IMG/VR virus record: IMGVR_UViG_3300024503_000015
Location: 62,001 to 126,000 of that record
Length of the DNA stretch: 64,000 nt
Reading direction: 5' to 3' (one strand)
Part shown: positions 1 to 11,900 of the stretch, piece after piece
How the letters are laid out: the number at the start of each line of letters is the position of its first letter
Numbering within the stretch: position 1 is the first letter of the stretch
Notes under the pieces: generated by a model
What the model was told of the DNA's origin: nothing
Databases searched by the model: none
The model's input: the letters and a program-made list of their open reading frames with translations, nothing else
Made by a program: the position numbers and the translations under genes

Positions 1-2
1 AT

Positions 3-305
3 ATGGTGTGTTTATATTATGCCAGCGACAGCGATGGCGGCGATACTGTATTTTTTGATAAAACAGTAAAGGATATTTTAGAAACGCAGGAAATAAAGGC
101 CCAATTAGAGGGCAAAGATCTAACATTTTATGATCAAACTATTCTGGAATTGATCGATAGTCAAGTTGATAAGACTAATTTTAGTGTTATTAAAAGAGTA
201 ACTCCAAAAAAGGGAAGGGTAGCAATATTCAACGGTGCAAGGTATCATAGTGCGGCTAGATGCAATAGCGGTCACCGTTTAGTTGTTAATACGTGTGTAA
301 GATGA
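3..305 (+). CDS. 2OG-Fe(II) oxygenase-family protein, C-terminal part (truncated by window start)
   Basis: GGDTVFF strand, PKKGRVAIFNG..YHSA distal His motif and R-x-V-V-N terminal strand typical of phage 2OG oxygenases. Confidence 0.7.
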   Translation: MVCLYYASDSDGGDTVFFDKTVKDILETQEIKAQLEGKDLTFYDQTILELIDSQVDKTNFSVIKRVTPKKGRVAIFNGARYHSAARCNSGHRLVVNTCVR

Positions 306-877
306 TAATATCAGTTGGTGCTATTCCTGTAGGAATATTTGAATGGAAAGAATTTACCGATCACAAAGATGCGATTGTTGATCTATGCCTTAGAGAAGAA
401 AAACCTAATGTCATAGAATCTAATATTGCACCTAAGGTTAAAACAAACTTATGGGAATCTAATTTTAGTTTCTTACAGCAACATTCAGAGTTAAAAGCTC
501 TTGATACTTGGTTAAACAGTACTACTAGAGACTTTGTTAATGCTGTAAACAAATCGGATTATCATATAGCAATTACAGAAAGTTGGGCACACGTTACTCG
601 TCCATTGGGTCAGCATGAACCACATAGACACCCAGACTCTACCTGGAGTGGTATATTTTATATAGATGCCGATGAGCCGCAGAGCGGAAATAATATATGG
701 TTTAATATGTTTAAGTTGCCCGAACGTCCCGGGCTAGAATTTTTTGATGAAAATTTCTCTGCAGAATTTATTCCTGGACGCTTAATAATATTCCCAAGTA
801 TAATGTTGCATTATGCAAAACCATACTTGGGAAAAGATAGAAGAATATTAATTGCGTTTAATAGTGTCTGTGTTTAA
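302..877 (+). CDS. Putative 2OG-Fe(II) oxygenase (TIGR02466-like)
   Basis: ESWA...HEPHRHP..TWSGIFY, PGRLIIFPS.MLH and RILIAFN motifs; likely start is ATG 302, an ATGA overlap with the upstream stop (ORF track starts at 293). Confidence 0.8.
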   Translation: MIISVGAIPVGIFEWKEFTDHKDAIVDLCLREEKPNVIESNIAPKVKTNLWESNFSFLQQHSELKALDTWLNSTTRDFVNAVNKSDYHIAITESWAHVTRPLGQHEPHRHPDSTWSGIFYIDADEPQSGNNIWFNMFKLPERPGLEFFDENFSAEFIPGRLIIFPSIMLHYAKPYLGKDRRILIAFNSVCV

Positions 878-1515
878 TTCACAGATACTGTAACAATGCT
901 ACCTGTATTATCTACTTCAGATACTGTAACAGCACAATTATAATCATTACCTGACAATGTAATTACATCGTTGGCTTTGTATCCTGTGCCGCCAGTTGTA
1001 GCAATAACCTGATACACATCGCCTGCTTTTCTTACTTTAAACTTAGCACCAGATCCTTTGCCACCTGTTCCGCTAACTTCTGAAAATAACTGAACAAACT
1101 GTCCATCAGATGTATACCATTGTGTAGTTGTAGAAGCAATAGGGTTTGCTGGATCGTAGGCTACAGGCTTAGGAATTGATTCTTTTACGGCTAGTATAGA
1201 TTGGAACCAAGCACCGTCTGCTGAAATACCACCAGTATCTCTAATTTCTTTCCATAACATATCCATTTGATCGCCTGCTGGAGGGTATGCACGTTGACGT
1301 TGCATAGTAAATGGCTCTACAGGATTTCCAAATTCGTCTTTAGATGCCGCATGTGGGTCTTCAAATGTTAACTCTTCTGGATCATACAGGTAGTATGTGT
1401 CAGCATCATCGGGACAATCTACCCAATACAATGCTGAGTGTACTTCAAATTCTTCTCCGATGTTAACAATCTGAATTACTCTAGAGTTGTTGCTATCAAT
1501 TAGTGCTCGTTTCAT
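874..1515 (-). CDS. Tail-fibre-associated / fibre assembly chaperone-like protein
   Basis: Last gene of the fibre operon; WVDCPD and RxxAYPxxxDQxDMLW motifs seen in fibre chaperones; C-terminal GSGAKF..GGTGY beta module shared with the giant fibres. Confidence 0.5.
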   Translation of the reverse strand: MKRALIDSNNSRVIQIVNIGEEFEVHSALYWVDCPDDADTYYLYDPEELTFEDPHAASKDEFGNPVEPFTMQRQRAYPPAGDQMDMLWKEIRDTGGISADGAWFQSILAVKESIPKPVAYDPANPIASTTTQWYTSDGQFVQLFSEVSGTGGKGSGAKFKVRKAGDVYQVIATTGGTGYKANDVITLSGNDYNCAVTVSEVDNTGSIVTVSVN

Positions 1516-1523
1516 AATAATCC

Positions 1524-2480
1524 TTATCTATATTCATAAACTATACAAATTCCAGACTGGCCGCTTCTGCCACCTTGTCCGTTATGGTTCGGTGCAATGG
1601 CTACTCCGCCTGTACCTGGTGCTGCCGTACTACTTGAAGTACTCCAGTCAGGTCTATCGCCTTGCAAACAACCACCAAAATATGTTCCGCCACCAATTCC
1701 GCCCGAAGCGTTTGATGTGGAATATTGGTCCATATTATTATGACTGCCTCCCATACCTCCATAGGTATTTATACTACCGCCATAACCTATTCCACCATGT
1801 CCACCGCTGTGCTGTGTATTTCTATTTGCGCCGTAACCGCCGCCTGCTGATAGATAAGCACCAAAACTAGTTGTACCACCATCAGGACTAAATCCAAAAT
1901 ATGCTCCGCCGGACCCGCCACCGCCGATAGTAACTGTTACTGTTGTTATACTCGTAGCGGTAATAATACCTTCGCTAAAGCCACCTCCACCTCCACACTC
2001 TGAATATGCACGGGCTCCACCGCCCCCACCACATAACAGAACGTGTAATGTTTGTACTTCTGGCCCACTCTTAGTATAAGTGTATGTACCTGATCCTGAA
2101 TAAACATAAACACCAACCAATCTATCTTTTAATCTGTTATCGGTCATATACTTGGCGCCGGCTTCGCTAACTAACACTGAGTTAGACGTGCCGTCCCATG
2201 CGCCTGTACTTTGTGTTACTGCTGTACCACCTAGTGTTAACTGGCTACCAGTAACTGCTGATGAAGAATAAGTGCTGACGGTAACTGTACCGCCTGAAAT
2301 ACTTACTGCATTACTTTCTTGTTGTGCAACATTACCAATAATTTTAACTGGGTTATTAGAGGCATTACCTGCCCAAGCACGTTGATCAGCAATATTAAAT
2401 GCTGGTTCTCCAGGTTGTAATGTTCCTGATCCTGGTACACTACTAGAAGTTACACTATTTTTAAATTTAATTGTTGGCAT
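1524..2480 (-). CDS. Glycine-rich tail fibre tip / adhesin-like protein, paralog 3
   Basis: N-terminal MPxIKxK..P.xL.xGE.A.N module and C-terminal Gly-rich domain ending GICIVYEYR. Confidence 0.65.
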   Translation of the reverse strand: MPTIKFKNSVTSSSVPGSGTLQPGEPAFNIADQRAWAGNASNNPVKIIGNVAQQESNAVSISGGTVTVSTYSSSAVTGSQLTLGGTAVTQSTGAWDGTSNSVLVSEAGAKYMTDNRLKDRLVGVYVYSGSGTYTYTKSGPEVQTLHVLLCGGGGGARAYSECGGGGGFSEGIITATSITTVTVTIGGGGSGGAYFGFSPDGGTTSFGAYLSAGGGYGANRNTQHSGGHGGIGYGGSINTYGGMGGSHNNMDQYSTSNASGGIGGGTYFGGCLQGDRPDWSTSSSTAAPGTGGVAIAPNHNGQGGRSGQSGICIVYEYR

Positions 2481-2481
2481 A

Positions 2482-3963
2482 TTATCTGTACTCGTAAACT
2501 AAACAAATTCCGGCATATCCGTCTGAGCCGTTGTGGTTACCTGCGCCACCAGGTCCGCCACCTCCAGGTGCTGCCACAGGGTTAAAACTGTTGCCTCCGT
2601 GACGCCCTGCTCCGCCACCTCCAAAGAACGTTGCGCCACCTTCGCCGCTCATACCGCCTTGTTGGTTATTATAGCCCGGTGCGTGTCCGCCGCCGCCGCC
2701 TCCGTATGTATTAATTTGACCGCCTGAACCGATGCCGCCGTGGCCACCGCAGTGGCTCTTATTTTGATTAGCACCGTAGCCTCCAGATGCACTTACATAA
2801 CTACCAAAACTAGTTGTGCCACCCTGTCCACTGAATCCAAAGTAATAACCGCCACCAGATCCGCCGCCTACTGTGATAGAAACACTGGAAATATTTGTAG
2901 CGTCAATCCAACGCTCGGCATATCCGCCACCACCACCACTTTCGTGATAGCCACGGCCGCCGCCGCCACCGCCTACACAGATAACACGTAAGCGTTGTAC
3001 ATCGGATCCGCTCTTAGTATAGGTACTGTTTCCAGTATAACTGTATAAGTTCTTTAATGTACCGTTGTACTGGTCAGCATATCCTTTGACAGCCGCTTCT
3101 GTTGGTAGCGTAGAGTTACTGTTTCCGCTGAGAGAAGTACTTGTAGTTACTCCAGTTACCTGAGAGTTTCCGCCTCTGATCCATACTTTAACGTGACTAA
3201 TGTAAAATGCTTCGTCACTTTGTGCTTGATCCAATCCTGTATACATCTTAGCAATGATTGTAGATGTAGTATGTCCAAACCATCCTGTGGTAACTTTTGA
3301 ATAACCGTTAAATCTTGCAGAGTTTTCTGATTGATTACCACCCCAGGGTAAGTAAGAATACCAACGACCACCGAACCATGTATGTTCAGTGCTATTATAT
3401 GTGGCCACATTATATGGCGCAGTTGAATATTGTTTATTCCAAGATGCCATTGTAACATCTGCGCCTGAAGAGTTTTGTAAATAAATTACGTTTTGTTCAG
3501 CGTCCCATGAGTCTACTTGATGAATCAAACATTCAAATTTAATTTCTGTATGAGTCGGTACACCTGTTAGTGTCAACTGATAAGTTCTTGCACTACCGCC
3601 CCAGCCGTGTACTGTTACGTTTCCTAGTCCAGCACAGTCTGTCATGTTATATGTTTCTGTGTAGTTCCAGTTTCCTGTATAGGCACTAGCGTTACCGCCT
3701 TCATCGTAGTACAAACGTTCGCCAGCATTAAGAGTTAATGATGTTAAGTTTACACTAGTAGCAGTTGTAGTTACACCGGACATCGTACCCCCGGTGATTG
3801 CCACGCTGTTACTTTCCATAGCACCTGCAGATCCAATAATTTTTACTGGAGTGTTTGATGCATTACCAATCCACATTTGGTTGGCGCTGGTATTATATGC
3901 TACCTCGCCTTGTACCAATGAAGATGGTGTTGTTGTTCCACGTTTTACTTTAATTACTGGCAT
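2482..3963 (-). CDS. Glycine-rich tail fibre tip / adhesin-like protein, paralog 2 (extra central domain)
   Basis: Same N- and C-terminal modules as its neighbours plus a ~185-aa aromatic-rich insertion. Confidence 0.65.
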   Translation of the reverse strand: MPVIKVKRGTTTPSSLVQGEVAYNTSANQMWIGNASNTPVKIIGSAGAMESNSVAITGGTMSGVTTTATSVNLTSLTLNAGERLYYDEGGNASAYTGNWNYTETYNMTDCAGLGNVTVHGWGGSARTYQLTLTGVPTHTEIKFECLIHQVDSWDAEQNVIYLQNSSGADVTMASWNKQYSTAPYNVATYNSTEHTWFGGRWYSYLPWGGNQSENSARFNGYSKVTTGWFGHTTSTIIAKMYTGLDQAQSDEAFYISHVKVWIRGGNSQVTGVTTSTSLSGNSNSTLPTEAAVKGYADQYNGTLKNLYSYTGNSTYTKSGSDVQRLRVICVGGGGGGRGYHESGGGGGYAERWIDATNISSVSITVGGGSGGGYYFGFSGQGGTTSFGSYVSASGGYGANQNKSHCGGHGGIGSGGQINTYGGGGGGHAPGYNNQQGGMSGEGGATFFGGGGAGRHGGNSFNPVAAPGGGGPGGAGNHNGSDGYAGICLVYEYR

Positions 3964-3969
3964 TCTATT

Positions 3970-4911
3970 TTACCTATATTCATATACTACACAAATTCCA
4001 TAGGTCCCGTCGTAGCCTGCTGACCACGTACCTTGACCGTAACTGTTATGTCCTGCGCCACCTGTTCCAGGTGCGCCAAGGTTTTGAGCCCATCTTTCGC
4101 TATAGTGATGTCCTGAATTAGCGCCACCAAAGAAACTTTGTCCACCGTGTCCTGGATTGTGATACGATGCGCTGTGACAATTTTTGTGTCCTGAGCCACC
4201 GCCACCGTGAATGTTCATGTTACCGCCAGAGCCAACACCGCCGTGGCCTCCACTGTGTTGATAGTTTTGATTAGCACCATAACCACCGGTAGCAGAACAA
4301 TATCCGCCAAAACTAGTTGTGCCACCCTGTCCACTAAAACCAAAATATTGGCCACCGCCTGATCCACCGCCTACTGTAACTGCTACAGTTGATATACCAG
4401 TAGCGTCTAAAATTAATTCAGACATGCCACCACTGCCGCCACTTTCACCGTAGCCACGTCCACCACCGCCTGCGCCAATACAAATTACACGAATTCTTTG
4501 TACATCTGATCCGCTTTTAGTATAAGTTCCATTAGATGTCCAGGTATAAATGTTCTTTAAAGAACCTTTTTTACTAGACACATAAGAAGTAACTGCGTTT
4601 TGTGTAGGAATTAACGAGTTACTAGTACCTAAACTAGTACTGGTACTAACTCCTGTAGCAGTTTGTCCGCCGTTAAGTTGTAAGTTTGATGTAGTCAGTG
4701 TACCACTAGACTGTGTAGTTCCTGTAATTGTTCCGCCAGTAATGCTTACGCTGTTAGATTCTTGATTACCAAACGAGCCAATAATTTTTCTAACACCAGC
4801 ATTACCGATATACATTTTAGCATCAGTAGTATTGACAGCAACTTCGCCATCGGCTAAGGAGCCTGGTACAGAACTTGCTGTGGTGCTAGATTTAAATTTT
4901 ATCTTTGGCAT
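3970..4911 (-). CDS. Glycine-rich tail fibre tip / adhesin-like protein, paralog 1
   Basis: Same architecture, ends GICVVYEYR. Confidence 0.65.
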   Translation of the reverse strand: MPKIKFKSSTTASSVPGSLADGEVAVNTTDAKMYIGNAGVRKIIGSFGNQESNSVSITGGTITGTTQSSGTLTTSNLQLNGGQTATGVSTSTSLGTSNSLIPTQNAVTSYVSSKKGSLKNIYTWTSNGTYTKSGSDVQRIRVICIGAGGGGRGYGESGGSGGMSELILDATGISTVAVTVGGGSGGGQYFGFSGQGGTTSFGGYCSATGGYGANQNYQHSGGHGGVGSGGNMNIHGGGGSGHKNCHSASYHNPGHGGQSFFGGANSGHHYSERWAQNLGAPGTGGAGHNSYGQGTWSAGYDGTYGICVVYEYR

Positions 4912-4924
4912 TTAATTTACCTTA

Positions 4925-5545
4925 TTAATATGTTCCGCCGTCAACAGTACCAAGTCCGCCACTCATAGTGCCATTTAATGTTATAGTGTCACCGGTTGCA
5001 TCGCCCAATGTAACGTTTCCGTTGGCATCTAACGTAGTAAAACTACCTGCGGCTCTTGTAGTTCCGCCAATAGCAATATTATTAATTGTACCAGCAGTGG
5101 CAGGAGCCATTGTTACTGTACCCGTTCCTGATGGACTAATTGTTACGTTAGCATTTGCTGGACTCATTGCTACTGTACTTTGAGCAGTTAGTGTACCAGT
5201 AAATGTACCGCTTGTGGAATACTGTGGACCACCTTCGTTATTAATAATTATGTAATCTGTGCCATCGGACACCACAGTATAGGTTGAGGTTGTTGGAACT
5301 GCTTGGCTAGTTGCCGCAGTAAACCCTGGACCTTTAATTTGACCGCTAGGTGTACTAATGGTAACTGTACCACTAGTAGCATTGTAAAAACTCTGTTGTA
5401 CACCAATATACAATACAGGGCTGGCTAATGTAACAGTATACGGAGCAGATCCAGTAAATGTTGTTACTAGACCCTGCGCTGGTGCAGAAATAGATGCGGC
5501 ACCAGTCGTTGAAGTTGTTGGTGTTATGGTATTATAACGTGCCAT
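4925..5545 (-). CDS. Virion fibre/adaptor protein
   Basis: Thr/Gly-rich beta protein with ISPSGTGTV and GNVTLGD..DTIT fibre repeats; GGAG RBS. Confidence 0.55.
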   Translation of the reverse strand: MARYNTITPTTSTTGAASISAPAQGLVTTFTGSAPYTVTLASPVLYIGVQQSFYNATSGTVTISTPSGQIKGPGFTAATSQAVPTTSTYTVVSDGTDYIIINNEGGPQYSTSGTFTGTLTAQSTVAMSPANANVTISPSGTGTVTMAPATAGTINNIAIGGTTRAAGSFTTLDANGNVTLGDATGDTITLNGTMSGGLGTVDGGTY

Positions 5546-5560
5546 TTTTAAAATCTCCTG

Positions 5561-5887
5561 TTATGCTGTTGATGTTTCAATGCCATACACAGTAACGTTA
5601 ACAGCAGATCCTGTGTTAGTCCAGGCTACAACGTTTAAGCCTGGGCCGCCGACTAGACCTGTTCTTTCAAACACGCCCTTAGATACAACTACTGTATCGT
5701 ATTCGATCCATTCTGCTGTACCTGGAGTTCCAGTTGTAGCCAGTGCTAATCGAATTGTTACAGATGATGCACCTGTATTTGTAAATGAAACGTTAAACAC
5801 TGAGTAATAACCGATAGGTACGGTGTAAACTGTGGTGCTTGTGGTTGCTGCCAGTTGTGCTGGCGTTGCTAATCTTCCTGTTGCCAT
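5561..5887 (-). CDS. Small virion protein (~110-aa paralog family, copy 1)
   Basis: VYTVP...N....TIRL...EYD...V.V.G.E pattern shared with 25888-26217 and 34762-35097; GGAG RBS. Confidence 0.55.
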   Translation of the reverse strand: MATGRLATPAQLAATTSTTVYTVPIGYYSVFNVSFTNTGASSVTIRLALATTGTPGTAEWIEYDTVVVSKGVFERTGLVGGPGLNVVAWTNTGSAVNVTVYGIETSTA

Positions 5888-5905
5888 GTTATAATTTCTC
5901 CATTA

Positions 5906-8900
5906 TTATCTTTGCATAAAGAATCCAAGGGCAACGGGAGCCCCGTCTATGCCGCCTGTAAAATTCATCTTAGAAGTTACTTTAATACCTTCCCCTGTTG
6001 TTGTGCTAATGCTGTTGCCAGCAATATACACAATACCCGAAGTCAATGTATTTACGTTCAACGAGCTCTGTCCACCACCGATTTGTGCAGTAATGTACGC
6101 TTTAATAGCTCTTTGAGTTGGTACTACGCTGTCCGAATCTGCTGTAAAGAACGGATCTGTACTGAATTGTGTAATAATCGCAGATCCAATACCTAATTCT
6201 ACTGAGCCCAACTGCAAACTGTTCAATCCGCTTAGGTTAAACGCACTAGCGTTCAATGTAGCAGTACCAGTTGCCTGTTGTACTCCGAACAAGTTACCAA
6301 CGTTAAAGTTACCATCTTGGTCAGTACTTGTAAAGAACACTCGTCCACCTGCTGAGAACTGAGCCTGATTTGCTACGTTAGCAGTTGAAATATCCACATT
6401 TGGATAGTTAGTTTGTTCTTTATTACCAGTACCGATGTACAAGAAGTCGTGTCCAGTTAGACGTACTTGACTGTACTTGATTCGTGTTGTTACTCTGTCG
6501 CCGTGACGTGGTGCTTGTAGTACTGTTAATGCTGGGTTAATCTGGAATTGAGCAGTTTTGTCACCCAATTCACCTAACTCATTAGTTACCACAACCAGTT
6601 TGAAGTAAACGCCTGGTAGGCTGTCAAATTCAACGTTAGCACCTGCTTCAGGAATGTCGTACAACCCTGCAATATTAATAAAGTTGCTTGGTTGATACAA
6701 ATCGCTGTATCCGTCACCTTGTGTTTCAGAAGTAGCAGTTGTATTATCTGCTCCACGATTTACAAAACTTGGGTTACCTAGTGCGCCGTCTGCCATTCTA
6801 ATACGTAGACTTGCTACCTTAACCTTGTTAGGATCTGTCAATGTATAGATTGGTCCTGCACGATATGTCATTCCACTAACTGTAGCAGTAGACAATGTTA
6901 CAGGAGTTGCGCTTCCTTGTGTAGCACTTACCTTAAATTGTGTGCTGGTAATTGTTGAACCGATTACATAGTAAGTCTGTTCTTCAACTAATCCGCCTGC
7001 GCTAGTGCCGTAGAACTCAATTGGCTGACTATCTACTAAGTTTGTAGTGTTGTCAACTGTAATCAAGTTAGTTGTAACAGTAGTTGCAGTTACAGTTCCT
7101 TTTGGATAACCTGATCCAGGTTCTAACATACGAATCTCTGTTACTACACCGCTGGCTACTTTAGCACGACCTGTTGCTTGAGCACCTGTTCTAATGCTTG
7201 CGGCCACTGTACCTGATGTTGCAGATGCCGCAACCCATAATGGGTTACTTGAAATGTTACCAAATTGTACTGCTGTCCAGTTAGAACTGCTTGGCATTGC
7301 ACGTAAAGTCCAAGTTACACCGTCTGGACTTGTTGCGGCTGTTGTTCCGCCTGTGGCTACTGCAAAGAATAAACCTTGTCCATAAGAAATTTTACTCCAA
7401 GTTGTACTTGCTGGTAGACCTGCTGGGCTTTCTAACCAAGTAGTTCCTCTGTCAATACTGTAGGCAACTCTCTTACTACCGCTAGCGATAGCAACAAAGC
7501 GTCCATTACCATAGGCAACACTGGTCCATGATAAACTTGCTGGTAAGTTTCCGCCTGCGGTCCAACTTGTTCCGTTTGAAGAATATGCTGTTGCTAGGTT
7601 TCCTGTAGAAATTGCAACAAACATTTCAGCACCGTAGGCTACTGATGAGTAAGTACCTGAACCTAATGTAGGAATAGTTCTGCTAGTCCATAAACTACCG
7701 CTGGTGCTAGATACTGCACTGGCTGTTCCGCCAACTGCAACATAAACGCCACCACCATAGGCCAATCCTGCTAAGTCTGTCTTACCAGTACTTGTTCCTG
7801 CGGTCCATGTAGAACCTGCTAGTATGCCTGCACTAGTTGTATAGCAGTTATCGCCTGTACTTGTAGCAATTGCCACATATCTTGCACCTGTATCTAATAT
7901 AGAAATAGTAGGTGTTGTTGTGTAACCTTTACCAGTATCTGTAACAGTAAATCCGCTAACACCTTCGTTAGTTCTTGTTGGTGTTAGGACTGCTGTTGTA
8001 CCAGCATAAGTTAATGTTACTGTACCGTTTGCGGCAGATCCGCTGGTATGTATTGGGCCAGATGTTGTAAATGTTCCGCCACTTGTTACATAATACCAGT
8101 TCTTATCTCCAGAATCAACATAATAAATGTAAACTCCAGTTGTAACTGTACCTCCTGAGCTCCATGCTGAACCAGTAAATGGATCTGATACAGTTACACT
8201 TGGTGCACCTGTATAGTTTCTTCCCCAACTATTAACAGTTACCTGAGTCAGTCTGTCAGTGGCTGCACTTACTGTTGGAGGAACTGTGTATCCTGTTCCT
8301 GGAATTGTAACAGTTACGCTAACAATCTCACCGTCAAGAACTGCACAAGTCGCTACTGCGCCTGTTCCGCCACTTACTGGAGTAAACACAATAACCGGTG
8401 GTGTTGTATAACCTTGTCCGCCGCTGATAATATTAACACTGGCAACTTGATCCGCTGTGGCCGCACCAGTTGTATTTGCTACACCTAGAACTGCTTCAAA
8501 TACAGCGCCTTGACCGCCTAAGCCGCCAATAATTGCAGTTGCTCTTGCTCCTTCGCCACCACCATATACAACATCTACCCAACTTGCACTAGCGGACAAT
8601 GCGCCTGCTGTAGCCCAAGTTGTGCCGTTTGCACTATACGATGTAGTTGTTCCGCTACTTGCTATGGCAACATACTTGCTATCACCATAGGTTAGTTCTT
8701 TCCATGTAGCAGTTGCACTTAAAGTTCTTGCTGTTGCTGTATAACCAGGTGCTGTATAACTAATTCTTGGTTCAATGATGTACTGAGTTGTTAAGTCTAG
8801 TGTGTTTTCAATAGTCTTACCAGGTACAGTATGGTCCCAACCTGCTTCATACATAGTCATAGAGCCAGATGCTGTAGACAATGTAATTGGTGTAGAACTT

Positions 8901-11900
8901 CCTGATGTTGCCGCAACTTTAAATTGTGTACTTGTAATAGTCGAACCAATTACATAGTAGGCAGTATTTGCAGAAACTCCGCCAAATGTTGTACCGCTAA
9001 AGTAAACTGGCATGTTATCATACAAGGTTACAGTACTTGCCACTGTAATTAAGTTTGTAGTTACTGTGGTATTTGTTGCTGTTAACGGTGTGAAACTGTC
9101 TTTGTATACCTGTGCAATCTTGCTGCCAGTTTGGTATGTTAAGATGTTAGCATATTGACCAACACCAGTACCGGCAGTTAATTGAATTCTCATGCCAGTA
9201 TATGCCGCGCTTAGTGCAGTATCAGTGGCCGCAATAGTAATGCTGACTTTATCACCACTCTGAGCCGCGTTGCTGGCTGTTACATAACTTGTACCTCCAA
9301 CACCGTTGTCATCATCTAAGTCAATAATTCTTGATTCAAATACAGTATTGTCACGGAATTCGTCGCCGATTGCGTCGATGTTATATCCTGAACCGCTAAT
9401 TGTATATGTTGTATTTGTATAATTTGTACCAGCATTACCAAATTCTAAACGAAGCACTTCTGATAATGCATCTGTTACAGTATTTGTAATTTGTGCCTGA
9501 TATGCTTGGTTGTCAACCGTACCATATAATGGTACTTCGCTAACATCCACACCTTCGGCAATAACACCATATGTACCATATGAGCTGTTGCCGTTGGTAG
9601 CACGGATTCTACCGCCTAGTTCTGCTAGGTAACCTGCATAGCCGTAGTAGTTAAACACAGAAACAAGTTCTGTTAATGAGTCACTACCAGTACACCATAC
9701 ACCAATACCGTCTGACATAATTGTAGTAAAGTCGTTTTTAACCATTGACTTATTACCACGGGCATGTAGAGCCGCATCGATCTTAGCACCTGTACAGCCT
9801 ACACCAAACATTGTAACGTTCTGTGAGTAGTGTGAGCGACTTGTTACCCATACTTTGCTATCCCATGGACCAAATCCTGGGTTAAGGGCTACGTATGCTC
9901 CACCAGTTGGGCGTTTTGTACCATAGTCGTTTTCAGCAGTTAAGTCGCCATTCAATCCGCTTAGAGTACAGTTACGTAAACCAGAAGCGTTACTTACTTG
10001 GAACATATCTGACAATTCAGAACCTGCAACTGCATTGTTGTACAATACGGCAGAGCGTGTTCCTTTGTAGTTACCTGGTAAATTAATATCGTAAATGATA
10101 GAATCAATGTACTCGCCCATATCACGCTTGCATGATGCTTCGTCGTATGAGTAAACTGCTGTACAAGTTCCTGTATCTGTACTTACAGATGTCGGAGTAA
10201 TGGATCCTGCTGTTGTACCAATTGTAAATGTTGTAGTAGATGGAACTGTTAATACGTAGTATTGTGTATTTTCAGCCAACCCGCCAATTACTGCTCCGGC
10301 TACTACAGTCATTTCGCCTGTGCCGGTGCCTACGCTAAACACAGAACCATTATAACTTGCACTAATTGTTATTTCTGTGTCACTTTCAACAGTTAAAATA
10401 TAATATGTAACACCAGATACAATGTTACCAATACCAGTTCCGGTAAATGTAATCTTAGAACCTACTGTCATTCCTGTTGTAGATAGAACTGTAACAATGT
10501 TTCCAGTTGCAGTTGTGTCTGTGGCCACAGTCGATACTTGATTTGCCAAGAACTTAACTGGATCGCCCACAGACAAGTTGTGTGCTCTGGTTGTTGTAAT
10601 AACGTTGCCACTAGAACTTGTACCTGATGTTGGTCCGCCGAAGTTATAAGAAATCCAAGCAGTTGCTTCGTTTTCTAAGAATGTCTTATTAGCACGTAAG
10701 ATTTCTGCGGCAGCAATATGTCCTGGATCGTTATGGTATGTTGTTGTACCCACAACGTCTGGAGTTTCTCCAACACCCTTGTCTAATATTGCAATAATAG
10801 TGTCCATGTTTGCTTTAGCAGATGCTAGTGCTGTAGCATTACTTTCAACTTTAAGATTAACAGCATCTCTTAGATATCTGTAAGCATTCAAAGTTGCTCG
10901 CTTCTGATCACCGATTACTAGTGATGCCTGTGCTTGATAGTAACTCATACCTGCTTTGATTGAGCGGAAGTTACTGCCCATTAGAATATCGTAACGTAGA
11001 GCATCTAAAATATAACCCACGTCTCTAGCACAAGTAGCAGAATTGTAGTCTAAGTTTGGATAGTTAGTGTCAATGTAAAGTGTTACTGCACTCTGAATTG
11101 ATGCTTTGTCTGTTGACAACACTTTTGCCTGTGTTGCTACATTAGTATCTACCCAACTTGTACTTGGCAAGTTAGTAATTTCTACAGCAATAGATAATCC
11201 AGTTCCGTTGGTGAAACTTGTTAATTCTGTGCCGTCGTAGGTTGCTGCCAATGTAAATGTCGATGTCAATGGTGTTGTCTTAACATAATATGTAGTACCA
11301 GCAACTAATCCGTTGGCTGTGGTTTGTGCGATTACTTCATCGCCTACAGATAAACCGTGTGCTGTGCTGGTAAATGTTGTGCCACTAGCAATAGTTGTAA
11401 TTGTAATACGTGGCACACCAGTTGTTAAACCAGTATCAATGATGTTTGTAATAACATCCATTAATGCGCCAACTCTTGTAGAACTTGTAGCATCGCCGCC
11501 TGTGCCTGTAACATAACTTACGTTAGTTTGTAGTGCTGAATAAGAGCTTAAACCTCCGTTAGCAATGTCTGTCACAATAGATTTCATATTAGCATAGGCC
11601 GCTAATGTTGCTGTTTTATCTCCGCTATCAATCTGTAGTGCAGAAGTTAAACGTGAGTAGTATGCAATACCTGCTTGCTTACTTGCAAAATGACCACCGT
11701 AGGTTAAGTCATAGCGTAGTGCATCGATAATGTAACCAGTATCTCTAGCACACGCACTCTTGCTGTACACAATCGCTGGATAGTTTGTATTGATATACTT
11801 TAATGTTTCTGCTGTGATAAAATCTTTGTTATCATAGATTAACTTTGCCGCCGCATAGTTCTCTGCATCTACACCAGTAAAGTCTGGCCATAAGAAGCGA

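Noticed and set aside
1524-4911. Diversity-generating retroelement target or template
   Set aside because: No reverse transcriptase in the window and no ~100-nt repeat pair differing only at adenines; the similarity is ordinary paralogy.
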